Shown here: in pieces, positions 1-13,300 of the stretch
Numbering within the stretch: the stretch's first letter is position 1
How the letters are laid out: every line of letters starts with the position of its first letter
Assembly (NCBI GenBank): GCA_043228905.1
Contig: JBHGNT010000146.1
Span: 2,276-66,275, forward strand
DNA: 64,000 bases
From: Azolla caroliniana
Taxonomy: Eukaryota > Plantae > Polypodiophyta
Reading direction: 5' to 3'
The notes under the pieces: generated by a model
Told to the model about the DNA's origin: nothing
The model's input: the letters and a program-made list of their open reading frames with translations, nothing else
Databases searched by the model: none
Made by a program: the position numbers and the translations under genes

Positions 1-165
1 GCATTCATCTTCATCATTCATCACCTTGATGTAAGCCTTCAGAAATAATATTTCTCCATCAAGAATCCATCAACTCTCTGGAAGCAACTCAAAGCCTGCG
101 TTGATCATCAACGAATTGTTCTTGTTGAGATATCAAGCTCAACTAGATTTAATACTCCACTCCCA

Positions 166-449
166 TGTTCATTTAATATAGGACTTACAGTACCGTTGTA
201 CCTATATTCTACTCACACATGTGCACCTTTGCATATGAGATGTATATATACCTCATTGTGGTATTTTTGTATTTGATGACGCTTTTTAATATACACTCTG
301 GTTAATCATCCCCTATTTATATTATTGTTCATAAGTGTATCTTCCTCTCTCTCTTCCTCTCACACACATATCACATAACCTTCCGCTACTTAACTTAATC
401 ACATAATTAGGTACTAATTAACCATTGCTTAAGTACCTAATTATTAACA
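166..449. mobile_element. Probable solo-LTR-like insertion interrupting the copia gag
   Basis: Non-coding block with TGTT...AACA ends. Gag-like reading (QDFKTIVEY) resumes right after it. No clean TSD seen. Confidence 0.4.
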
Positions 450-3381
450 CAAGATTTCAAGACAATTGTTGAATATAAATCCTCACTATTTGGTATCGTT
501 TTAAAACTTAAATTTTGTGCTCATGATAACCTTGTTAAAGAGGCGAATCTAATCAATAAAACGTTAAGTGCTTTTCATCCCTCAAATTTTAATCTTTCCG
601 AACAATATCATAATCGTGATTTTAAAACCTATGTTGAACTTTTATTTGCACTTCTTGTCGCTGAGCAACATGACCAAGTTCTCCTCGAGAATGACAATCT
701 TCATCCAGTTAGCCAACTTGCGGCTCCTCTACAATTCAAGGATTTGACGCATGTCGAGAGTAATTATTCTAGACGACAACATTATTATTAACACCCATAT
801 AACAGAGTCGAGGAAGAGGACGAAGAAATCAACAAAGGAATCAATATCCTACAAGTAATCAAGTCAAGCCAATGCACCATCAATCACAGTCAAGTCAAGA
901 TAAGCCTTCATCGAATTCATGTCTTCGATGTGGTTTACGAGGGCATTGTGCAAATACTTGCTCAACTTCTAAGTTTCATGTTGATCTTTACTAGAAGTAT
1001 GGCAAGAAAGGTCAAGATAGGAAACCAGAGGCTAATATGGTAGCAAAAACATCAATGATCTCACCATAAAATTCCAATAATGGAATATAATTTTATGGAT
1101 CAACCTTTGGAATTCGGGCCCGAAGCTAACATGACTGAAACCCATATGATTGATTTACATACAAGCCATTTTCTTTGTCTTATTGATTGTGCCTCAACAC
1201 ACACTATTCTATGTCATAAAGAATTCTTTCATCATATTAAAGATCAAGCCCCTTTCGACATCAAGACTATAGTTGGTTCTTGTAATGGACAAGGAAGAGG
1301 CCTCACCACTATCCAACTTCCAAGTGGCACTTTCTTGGAAATACATGATGCTATCTATGTGCCTACCTCGCTAAGAAATCTTCTTGCATTTGCAGATGTG
1401 CGATGCAATGGATACCACCTCATGACATGGGAGTCAAAGATGCTTCATTGTGTTTTTCTCACGTCACACTTCTTTCTACTCGCAACATGGTGTTGCCTTG
1501 ACTCCTCACCCTTATCATCAAGTTGTGTGCTCAATTCCTAGATTTTCCAATTAAGTCGATTAAGATGAACAATGTTGTCGAGTTTACGTCAACAACATTT
1601 ATTCTCTATTGTGAATCTATCGTAATTGTGCGGCCGATTCTTCTCAAATCAAATTTGCCTAGTTCAACATGGGGACATGTAGTACTTCATGCAATGCACC
1701 TTATCCGATTACGGCTGTCATTATATCATGTTTACTCTTCCCATCAACTCATGACAACAACTTTCATGAACGAATCAAATCCTCAAACTATTCAAGAAGC
1801 AAAAACATCTCCGTTTTGGGATAAGTGGAAAGAAGCTATTCAAGTTGAGCTAAATAGTCATCTCAAACGAGGAGTTTTTGGTAAAATTCAAGAGACGCAT
1901 ATTGGCCATACACATGTTGGCTATCGTTGGGTTTTTATGCGGAAGCATAATGATAAAGGAGAAGTTATTCTTTATAAGGCAAGGTTTGTTGCTCAAGGTT
2001 TCATGCAACGACTAGGTATTAATTATACTGATACATATTCTCTGATTATGGATGCAACGAGTTTTCGTTGGTTGATTCATTTTACTGGTCAACGAAGTCT
2101 TCATATGCGTCTCATGGATGTGGTTATTGCTTATCTTTATGGTGATTTGGATAAAGATATATACACAAAGATACCTGAAGAGCTTTGCAACTCTATGCAA
2201 CTTGGAAAATTTCGCAATCCATTGATCAAGTTATGTAAGTCGCTTTATGGACTTAAACAAGCCGGTCGTATGTGGTATCAACATCTTTCTCAATATCTTC
2301 TTTCTCATGGATTTAAGAATGATGATATTTTTCCTTGCATATTTATCAAGCATCATCTCAAAGAATTGGTCATCATCGCTATTTATGTTGATGATCTCAA
2401 TATTATTGGAACATCCAATGCTATTGAAGATGTCGTTGCTATGCTTAGCCACCAATTTGAAATGAAAGACCTCGGTTTAACTACATTCGGCTTGGGTCTT
2501 TAGATTGAGCACCAATCTAATGGAATTCTTCTTCATCAGAGCTCTTATATCAATAAAATATTAAAACGGTTTTCTATGGATCAAGCTCATTCTATTAGAA
2601 CTCCTATGGTAATACGCTCTCTGGATCCTTCTCGTGACCTATTTTGGCCAAGATCTTCTAACGAGTCAACATTGGGACCACAATATCGTTACATGGCTAT
2701 TGTTGGTGCACTTATGTACTTGGCTAATTGTACGCGTCCGAACATTTCGTCCACTGTCAATTTGCTGGTTTGGTATAATCACGATCCTATCAGGCAACAC
2801 TAGACTGGAATTAAGCAGATTTTCTGATATTTACGAGGCACTGAAGATATGGGTCTTTTCTTTACCAACAGTTCTATGCATGGTCAATTGACCGGTTACT
2901 ATGCCGTTGGGTTCTCATATGACCCTCATGTTGGCAGATCACAAACAGGTTATGTTTTTCTTGTTGGTGGCACAACGATCTCATGGCGATCGACAAAGCA
3001 AATATTAGCTGCAACATCTTCAAATCATGCTGAGATATTGTCATTACATAAAGCAAGTTGAGAATGCCTATGGTTACAACACTTAATCGGGATAATTATG
3101 CCAACAGTTATCTATGAAGATAATTGTGCTTGCATTAATCAGTTCAAGAAGGGCTTCATTAAAGGCGATCGAATCAAACATATTTCTCCCAAGTTTTCCT
3201 TTACTCGTGAGCTCAATGATAATTATATCAATATTCAACCTATTACATCAAGCGAGAACTTGGTGGATATTTTTACCAAAAGTTTACCTCCATCAAAACA
3301 TTGGCTGGACATTCCTTCTCTTGGACTTAGAAGATTATTAGAGTTGATGAGCTAAAACAATGATGATGAGATGAGGGGGAG

Positions 3382-3648
3382 TGTTATGAACTCATCCATG
3401 TAATGAGTCATGTTATACCTATCTCAGTCTTAAGCTTTAGTTAACAAGACTTCATGATGTAAATAGTATGCATGCATCCCATCATCTGGTGGGTCATAAA
3501 CTCATGTATTTGAATAATTTGGCATTATATATATATCTGATGAGCATAGCCTATGAGCTCTATCTAGAGATTATATTGATATGTGATTAGTGATCTGGAT
3601 TAATATTTAATCGCTCTTTGAGCTTGCTTAATAGTCTATTCTATAACA
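3382..3648 (+). repeat. LTR shared between two tandem copia units
   Basis: TGTTAT...ATAACA inverted termini, PPT immediately upstream, PBS-like CGTTATCAACACGA immediately downstream. Confidence 0.8.
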
Positions 3649-4026
3649 CGTTATCAACACGATTAGCCTCTACCATAGCAATTAATTATTCTCTTATACA
3701 AATCTACCTTATTGCTACCATTAGCATGGCTTCTCAAGCTCTACAAATAGAGAAATGCTTATTCCCGCCACTTGAGTTCGATGGGTTCAATTATATGACT
3801 TGGATGGTTCATATTGAAGGCCATCTCACGACGAAAGATCTCCTTCATACGATAAGTGATAAATTTAATGATGGTGAGAACTCAAATGTTAGGAAGAAGG
3901 GAGCGGAAGCATTCATCTTCATCCTTCATCACCGTGATGTAAGCCTTCTAAATTAATATTTCTCCATCAAGAATCCATCAACTCTCTGGAAGCAACTCAA
4001 AGCCCGCTTTGATCATCAACGAATTG
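3649..4026 (+). pseudogene. PBS plus truncated gag of a second tandem copia copy
   Basis: MASQALQIEKCLFPPLEFDGFNYMTW... gag N-terminus. 3909-4026 is a close duplicate of 1-118. Stops abruptly at 4026. Confidence 0.8.
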
Positions 4027-4381
4027 GGAAACCGGCAAATAACCAAAAATACGAAAAGCAAAAAAAAAAAAACTTATGGTTTTTGGGGGGAGGGGTATTT
4101 GGGTAAAATAACAAAAAAAATACCGTAAGCAAAGAAATAAAAATAAAAAGATGAAGGTTGTCTGGGAGGGGTATTTGGGGTAATTTTGGGAAACCAGAGA
4201 GAGAAGGTAGAGGAGAAAATATGTATGTATTTGAAGGTTTTCATGTGAAGGTTCCATCGGTTATTTGCGAGGCATGGCTCGCTCAGCCCCTTTCGCCTCT
4301 GTCCTCCTCAGAAGAGTCTAGAGAAGAGTCTAGAGAAGAGAAGAGAAGGACTCTGCGGTGCACAGGAAACAAACCGCTTGC

Positions 4382-7300
4382 ATGATGGACAGTAGAGATC
4401 CCTCGGGACGACGCCCTAGCAGGCGAATTTCGATTCAATCTGCGAAAGACCTCGTCGGCGCTGCCTATGAAGCTGTCGCAAAAATAGCAGAACCCAAGTA
4501 AGAAATACAAAATAGCGACCAAAGAATATATGTTTTTGTTTTTCCTTTTGTTTCGTTTGAATCAAATATCTTTGTATTTTTCCTTCTTTCCCATTTTCCT
4601 TTTCCAAAATTTTGGCTTCACCTGTCAAAAAATTGACCTAAAAACTCATTCTTATTATCAAATTTATCTCTGTAAAATTTTCATTCTTGCTGCCAAATTT
4701 ATCTTGGTCAAAAAACTCATTTTCATTACGAAAATTATTTTTGTCAATTCCATTCTCAGTGTTTAAATTTCAGTGTCTAGTTCAATTTTCATCCTCATAA
4801 TCAAAACTATCATTGACAAATTTCGTTATAAATTTTTTTTCATTGTCAGCACCAAAATTCTTATCGTCAAACTTCACTGTGAACTTCCATTATAAAATTT
4901 CATGTCAAGATGAAGATTATGATGGTTCCATTGAAGAATTATTTCAACATTTAAGTTATTGTTTCAAAGTGGGTTATGCATAGTACCATCGGTACTTTCA
5001 CAGTCAGTTTTTCGCGTATGATAATTCATGGTAGTTTAAACCCCTGAAGAATTATTTCAACATTTGAGGGATTATCTCAAAGTGTGTTATGCATACTGCA
5101 TAGCAATGCATACATTGGCCTGACTCTAGGATCCTAGCTATAAAACATTCATTCTCATTGTCAAATTTCAAGTTAAGATGAAGATTGTGAGTACTCAAGT
5201 CAGATTAACCCCCTGAAGTGTTTTCTATCATTGAGGTGTTATGTCAAGTAAGGTTATGCATACCATATTATGGTCCTATATTTGGATTCTAGGTATGAAT
5301 TATTGATGTTAAATTAAACCACTGGAAAAATTATTTGAACAATTGTGGTATTATATCAACATGGGTTATGTATAGCATTGCATACATTCACCATAGTCTT
5401 AATTCTAGCTATAAAACATTCATGTTAGATTAAAACCAGAAAATTTATTTCAAAATTGAGCCTGTATATTCTTTCAATGGGTATCGTGTGTATATTACCG
5501 TGGGCATGGATTCTACCTATAAAACATTCCTGTTAAATTAACCCATCCATATAATGGTGTCAACAATGCGGTATTATTTCAATCTCAATTATGTACATAT
5601 TTTCCATACACTTGGATTCTAGTTATATGCATTAATTTCAACATTTGTGGTATCTTGTTGTGGGCCGCAACTCTGATACTAATATTCCAATGGTTGCTTA
5701 GTTATTTGACTTGATGATGTTTGCTGTGATTCATAAATATAGTACCCAACAATGTATTCTCTCATGCTTGTATAGGAGAGAAATTGACCCTGAAGAGGAG
5801 CCCGATTTTGCTGAAAGAAATCCTCTTTGGGAAGATGATTTGCCACCCATCCGCCCTCATGACGAAAATTTTCTGGGAGCATTGGCTTTGGAAGAAGATA
5901 CTATTAAAAAGCAAATTCCGACCGTTGTACCTACATCAAATTATCACCCCAAACCTCTCTCAGTTCCACACAGAAGATGGAAAATAGCTTATGCAGCAGT
6001 TAAAAAGAATTTAGTAAGTCACAAATTGTTTAGTAGTTGGGATTCGTTGATTATAAGCAATGCTTTCAGTCTTGTTCTTGAATAGTGCACCTGTAGATTT
6101 TCTTATGAGTGCAAGTTTAAATCATGGTTTGTATGCAAGAGATCAGCACAGTTTTGTCTTTTTTAAAGCTTATCACTTGAATCTCATTGTGGAATTTATT
6201 TTTAAAAGTAGTCGATGTGTAGAATTATCTTACCTAGTGTGTATATGCAGGCCTTACTGAATCAATCTCTACGAAGCTCTGTTGGCACTGGTGCTGAAGT
6301 ACATGGGCGTTCTTTTGGGCGATGGGACAAATATAACGCAAATCGAATTTTCCTTTTTCAGTTACTTTATAATATGTATCCTTGGGCTCATTTATTTTAT
6401 TTTGTTGAGATTTTTAAACAAATTTGAACCACCAGATAAGATATACACTGGAATTATAAATCTTATTTACTAATGAATTGCTCAGTAAAGGTGACCCTTG
6501 ACAATGCATCAGGACAACTGAATATATCATTTTCGTGTTAATCAATCTACATGTAGTGATAGTTATTCTAAAGGCTTCAAAAAGAGGAGTTCTGAGAGAT
6601 TCACAGATAACTATGAAACAATTGAACAATGTCGATATTGTTCTTACCGTAATTTTCAGGTATTTTCATCTTGAATGGAATCGGTTAGAGAATGTTGTTG
6701 ATTTCAGAAAAATATTTCAGGTGCACTCTGTTTGTTGTGGATGCATAGTAAATAATAAGATAAGAAAAATCACTAATGAGAAAGAAAATGCTATATTACT
6801 TTTCGTGTGGACTAGGGGGATCCAAATAGATCTGCACATACGGATGTGCACTTTTTAGTAAGAAAAGTAGAATTTTAATACTGTAGGGAATAGGTGTGGG
6901 TTTGTGAGAAGATATTGTGAATAAGTGCATCCTTATTGTAGATTCGGAAAATAGTGCTACAAGACAATCAAGGGATACACAAATGGGCTCCCGACCAGGA
7001 CATAACAAAGGGGTTACAATAGATTGGGCAATAGCAATTTGTCGTGCACGTAGTAGGCGCTGGCCCCATGGATGACGACCTCAGCACCCTTGTCATCGAC
7101 ATATAAAGGCCATTATCTCCTGCCATCGCAAGTGCTTCCCTCACTTCGGAGACCTCTCCATTCTGGATCGACCTATGCTAGAGATCTTTCGAAGACAAAA
7201 GTTACAATATATCTAAGTTGAGAATCTCACATGTGCCGAAAATCAGATTCTGTCGTCTCTTTTTATCTTATTTACTTTTATATTTACTGAGTAATATTTA

Positions 7301-10300
7301 TTTTGATTTTGATTTGTTGTTCTCAAAGACGAGACAACACTTAAGATGTAATCTCTTGTTTGGTCTTATAGGCGAATTTAGCCTCTTAAAAGATGTTAAT
7401 ATATCTTTCTTCTTTCTTTCTTTGAATACCAATTAGAGATAGAGATTGTTGGGTTTTGGGTTGAATCTCTCAAGCAAAGGTCTATTATGCCATAGAAATC
7501 TAGAGTCTGATGACAAGGGTGGTGATGTCATGGTCCATGAGGCCCAGTCCTAGGTGCATGGCAAATTGTTATTGCCCGATCTATTGTAAGCCCTATGATA
7601 GGGAAGCTGTTATAGGGATAACCTTATGGATGAATTCTATAGTTTATTTTACTGGATTAACCAGTTATCCGAGGAGCTGGGGTAAATCCAAAAGGACCTT
7701 TGACACATGGGAACACATGGTGGTCTGGGAGCCTTAGATGATGAGCTATATAAAGGGGATTAACTACCCCCTCCATTATAGCATGTTGAGATGCTGTCAA
7801 GACTCTAATATGTAAACGGTGAGGCTAAGCTCTCTCTGTCGAATTTGTTATTCAACAACCAAGGTATAACATAAGGTAGTATTCACACTTGATTACATTG
7901 TTTACTTTTAGAAGGTAAAATGCTCCTATACTTACATTTCTTGACCCCTCCAGACCTTTCGAGGTTGAAACCAATACTAGTGATAATGTAATTGGCGCCA
8001 TTCTTTACCAAGTCAGTTTTAACCCATATCTTTGAGTGTAGAGAACTTGATTCCACTCAATGTTGGTATTCAGGTCAAGGAAAATAGCTTTTTCAGTCAT
8101 TCATACACTTAAACTTGGAGACATTATTTGTATGGAAACCGTTTGTCATCACAATAAACCACCAATCTTTAAAATACTTTGTGATCAACATGATCTTGTT
8201 GGTCCTAAAGGTTGATGGGCAAATCTCATCCGAGACTTACTTTTCCATTCACTATTGCAAAGGTTTAATGAACTCAATTGTTGAAGCTCTTAGTCATATT
8301 CATGAGGTTAACATGCTTAACTTCACTAAATTAAAATCTGATCTTTTTGATCAACTTCAAGGAAAATGCCTTCATGATATTTTCTTTAAAAGATATTGGA
8401 TGAGAGCTGAATCTGGTAAAGATGCCATAAATAGGATTTTTTTTTTCCAGTGTCATGTTACAACCAAATTTGGGCACCTTGGAATACAATGAACACGCAT
8501 AATCTCTACAAATGTTTACATCATAATGTGCGAAATTATGTAATCAAATGTTTGGAATGTCAAGTGAATTAGGTTGGGCAGCAAATACTATCGGTCTTCT
8601 GCACCCCTAAATATTCCTAATAATAAATGGGGAAGTATATCTATATATTTCATTATTAGCTTCCCTCAAGCACAAAGAGGTCATGGCACAATATGCATTG
8701 CTATCGATCAGCTAGTAAAATTAGCCAGGTTTATACCAACTAAAAGCACATGAACAACTCATGAATTGGCTTACTAATTTGTTGATGAATTAATTTGGTT
8801 TTATGGGTTACCGATGGATGTAGTTAGTGATAGAAATTCTATGTTTACTAGCGAATTTTGGACTCAAGTCTTTACTAGTGATTTTCTTAACCCTAACAGA
8901 AAAGTCTTCTTGCATGTACCCTCTTAATTCTAAACCCTTACCTAGGAGTAAGTGTTCTAAATTAGCCCCACTCTATTGTAGGCTTTCCATACTCATAAAA
9001 CGTAAAAAGTATTGGTTCATCTACCTATTGTCTTGATCTTGTTCATCCAATTTTCCATGTTGGTTGCCTCAGAGAATTTGTCAGTTCTGATGACAACATA
9101 GTAACCATAAAAGATCTGCTAACTCATGAGAATTTATCTTCTAAACACCATTTTCTAGAAAAAAAATGCTCAATGCCTTTTGTGAGCAAGAGAACAAATT
9201 AAAGAAAAAACTAGAAATAATAAAATACACAGTACGGGGATGTCAGCTTATGCACTGAAGAGAAAGTTACATTAATCAACTAAAGATCATCAACTAAACA
9301 CAATGGGCCAATGGGGTTTTATATACAAGTTCTCAAGGGATTGCCACATTAAATGTGGTTGGTGGGATCTACTCATAGATATGCACGCGAGTATGATTCT
9401 GTCATAAGAATATTTGGTATTCTTTGACAACTAGAAATCACAATCTAGTTCTTCATGTAACTAGATAGTTCACATGGATTACAAGAAATTGTGCTCACGC
9501 ACTTTTTCACACATTGTGCTTTTCTTCATAAGCACATGTTCACACGAGTTGAGCTTGATTCTCAACAGTAGACAACACTAAGAATACACCTTGATAAATC
9601 CTTTTGAAGATATTGATCGAACATTTCATTTCACGAACTGAGATGCACAGTTGGGCAGATTCACACCTCATCACATCAACTGGAGATAGAGATAGGTAGG
9701 TATAGAGGTATTACCTTTGGACAAAAAGATATGTCAAATATGCCAAATAGAGCAAGAGTCTGAGACGTGCCACGTAGTCTGTAGCACAGACTATGACATC
9801 AAGGATGCTTCATTACCTTGTTGTGGAGGGATTTGGACCATTTTTCTGGGTCATTGCTCAAACGTTGATTAGTGATTCTAACCCTAGGTTAACACAGAGA
9901 TATCATGTTGAGAATCAAGCTTAACTCGTGTGAACATGTGCTTATGAAGAAAGCACAATGTGTGAAAAAGTGCATGAGCACACTTTATTGTAATCCGTGT
10001 GAACTATCTAGTTACACGAAGAATTAGATTGTGATATCTAGTTAGTTGTTAAGTGTAAATGCGGTCAAAGAATATTAGATATTCTTATGATAGAATTGTA
10101 CTTGAGTGGATATCATTGAGTAGATTCCACTAACCACATTTAATGTGGCAGTCCCTTGAGGACTTGTATATAAAATCCCTTTCGCCCATTGTGTGGTTAA
10201 GGTATGGAACTGTCATGATTTTTTACAAATTTGTATTGTTTTGGGATCTATCATGTAATTGGAAATTGGTCTCTTAATAGATGTCATTGTAAAGACATCT

Positions 10301-13300
10301 TTGTTACCTAGAATTTTCTGTTTTTATAAAGGTAACTTCATCTTTATACATATTGAATTCTATCAATTATCTTTCTCCTTCTAATTTTAGAATGTGGCTG
10401 GTTTCTTCTGTTCTGGATTATGGATATGCCATTATATAACTATTTATTTTTCATTATATATCATGTTTTTCTTTTGCTTTTGGCAGCATAGAGTGTGGGC
10501 TTCGGATTGCTTGCTTGGGTCTATACAAAGGGCCCAAAGCATTCTTACGGAATTCATTCAATAAAATCGATTTTTTGTCTGTTATTGATTCTTGGTAACA
10601 ACCATACTTGGTGGTATATTTGCTTGATTTAAGTAAACTCACAATCTTCTAACTACTTGATGCACCATTTTTTAGGGCCCATATTATTTCAATGTCTTAT
10701 TTCAATGAAAGCAATTCATTTCGATTCTTAACATTACGTATGTTTCGAGCTTTATTGACATTACGTGATATCGACTTCTTTACCCAAGTGTTAGTGAGTA
10801 TTTTTTATTTACCTTTGGTTAAGATGAAAAATTATTTTCTTTTCAGAGTTGGGTATACTTGTGCAATACTTTGGATGTGATTACCAATCAAGTATGGAAG
10901 ATTCAAATGTTTAAAGAAGAGATAATGAAGTTTTTTAGTTTATGTCCAGCCCATCATATATTGATGTTCACAAATGATTTAATCTACTAAATTTTTCTCC
11001 CAAGCTCCAGCATGCTATCTGCTGCCAGGATTTTTGTTCCGTATTTCAAAAACATTTACAGGAGTTAGTGATTTAAATTTATGTAAAGCTTGAAATTATT
11101 CACCACCATAAAATCATTATGCTTTTTGTCTTCATGATCTAACTCACCAACTAGCAAATAATCTATTCTCTGCTGCCTATTAGCCACTTTCCTGAAGAAG
11201 AATATTAACATCAAAGCCAAAACTTGCAAGAGAAAAGAAAAGAGTTCAAAATTCAATAACTGCTTAAGATCTTTCTAGTGGGAAACACTGATATCATGGA
11301 TGCACATATCTGGTCGGAACAAGAACATAATATTTCCTTGTCCCATGCAAAGTGACGTGAAAATGTTGTCATGAGGTGCATTTTGTACCTCTCAAGTATT
11401 CATTGTTGGTGCTATGTCGTTTAGCAGAAGCCAGAGAATGTCCAAGAAGAATTTATCTTGTCACCTCTACTGCATCTACTGAGCAGGGAGCTCAATATGC
11501 GTTTCTTTTCTCATTTTGGTGGCTAAATACATGTCATAAGCCCTTTATTTCCTGGATTAGTTTTTGCAAATAGGAGGTTTCATAATACCAGCTGGTTTGG
11601 AGAAACTTCTCAACCCTTTCAAATGCATCAAATTTTCCTCACTGAACTGTCATACATAAAATGTGGATCCCTTAAGAATACACATTTTATAGTACAAGGG
11701 GAAGGAGATTGGTCTACACCTGAATATCACATCTCCATATTGTAGGTTCATCCAGCCCTGCAATCTCCCTGTCCTGATGCCATTCATATGTATTCCCTGG
11801 ACGATATTGCGTGTGGGCACTAATAGGACTTCGACTTTGTGTTTTAATACTTGTTGATGTTCTTTCTTTTTATAGGCTTTGATGTTCTTAATCAGATCTC
11901 TTAAATTACCGTCATATTTTAGGCTATTTTTGAAGCCATTCATAGGAGCATGGAGCCATTGGAGGATGTGTTGCTGCTTTCAGTTGTACTACTTTTCTTT
12001 TACGGACTTGTAGGGCTCCAGTTCTTTGGTTCTGATCTTGCATACAGGTAGAATTTTCTGTAAAATTATATAAAGTTATGTACAGTACTCGTGTTAAAAT
12101 CTACATGCGTTAAACCAGAGAGATGAATTTTTGTTTCATGTTTAGAGTTGAAATAACAGTAGAAATGGTTTTATCGACTTGATACTTGTAAGCATCATTT
12201 TAGATGCTGTATTATCATAGATATTGAAACATAGGATCTGTATAAATAGTTTCCCACCTTTCTAGTGCTATGTTGGATCTGAAGCATACTTGATTGTAAG
12301 AAAACACATGTGAAGAAATAGGATTGTAAATCATCACCACATTAGACAGTGCTTGACGTAATAGGGTTGTATTGAAGCTAGGTGCAAGAAACTACATATT
12401 GATATAAGAACAATAGTAGACTGGGTTCATATCATATGATATACGTTGGTATTTATATTTAATTCTAACATTTGGTGCAATTTTTAGTCATTTTCTTTTG
12501 GTTCTCCATTATAAGGGAATTCAAAAGTTTCACATAAAAATAAGGTTATTGGACAATAGGATTTATTAAACTTGTTCCTGGGAAAAAAAATTCTATTTCT
12601 TTTCTGTAGGTGTCTAAGGAAAAGTGATTTACAAAAGTCCTATCCTGTTACGTATTGTTCACACTTCAGTGATAGAGGATTTAGATGCCCTAGCAATCAA
12701 GTTTGCAAGGTATGGATCTGTTTTGCATGTAAAGTTATGTGGTATAATGTTTTTTTAATGTGGCGTAATCTTTGTAATTGGGAATTCAGAGGGATTGGAT
12801 AAATGTGTCAATGATGTAAAGTTCTAATGATTAGTGATAAATGGATACATGTAATGGGATATTTTCAGTTTGAACAAGGTTTTCTTGCTATATGGCCCAC
12901 TCAACCTTACTGCTAGGCACATACAACACGGGTCTCTAGTTTGGCCCACACTGTCATTATACAGTTTAGTTGTATAATCTCACCAAATTGGTAGCCTAGC
13001 ATGCAAGGAGTCCGATAAGCAAACACAGCTAGCTTCCTAATTGCACAGCTGCATTATCTGATGGAATACATCACCTAATGGTCGGATCAACTATTGGTTG
13101 GCAAAGGATGTCCTTTATGAAGAGGTGTTCAGGAACAGACACTAGAGGAATCTGGATGTATTAATATGTAATGTTGGCAACCTGTCATAGGATTGGGAGC
13201 TGGTGGATGGACATCTTCATTCAATGCTATCATTTTCCTTTTCATAGGATCATCGATATACTAGCTAGAAATGTTTATTTTTTGGTAAAACCAAACTTTC

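Larger units (their letters stand above)
1..3648 (+). mobile_element. Degenerate Ty1/copia LTR retrotransposon (Bianca-like), 5'-truncated by the window edge
   Basis: Broken pol with stops and frameshifts: gag zinc knuckle (C-x2-C-x4-H-x4-C, ~920-962), protease CLIDCASTH, RT motifs LYGLKQAGRMWY and IAIYVDDL, RNase H end KGDRIKHISPKF. PPT ATGAGGGGGAG at 3371-3381, then an LTR. Confidence 0.9.
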
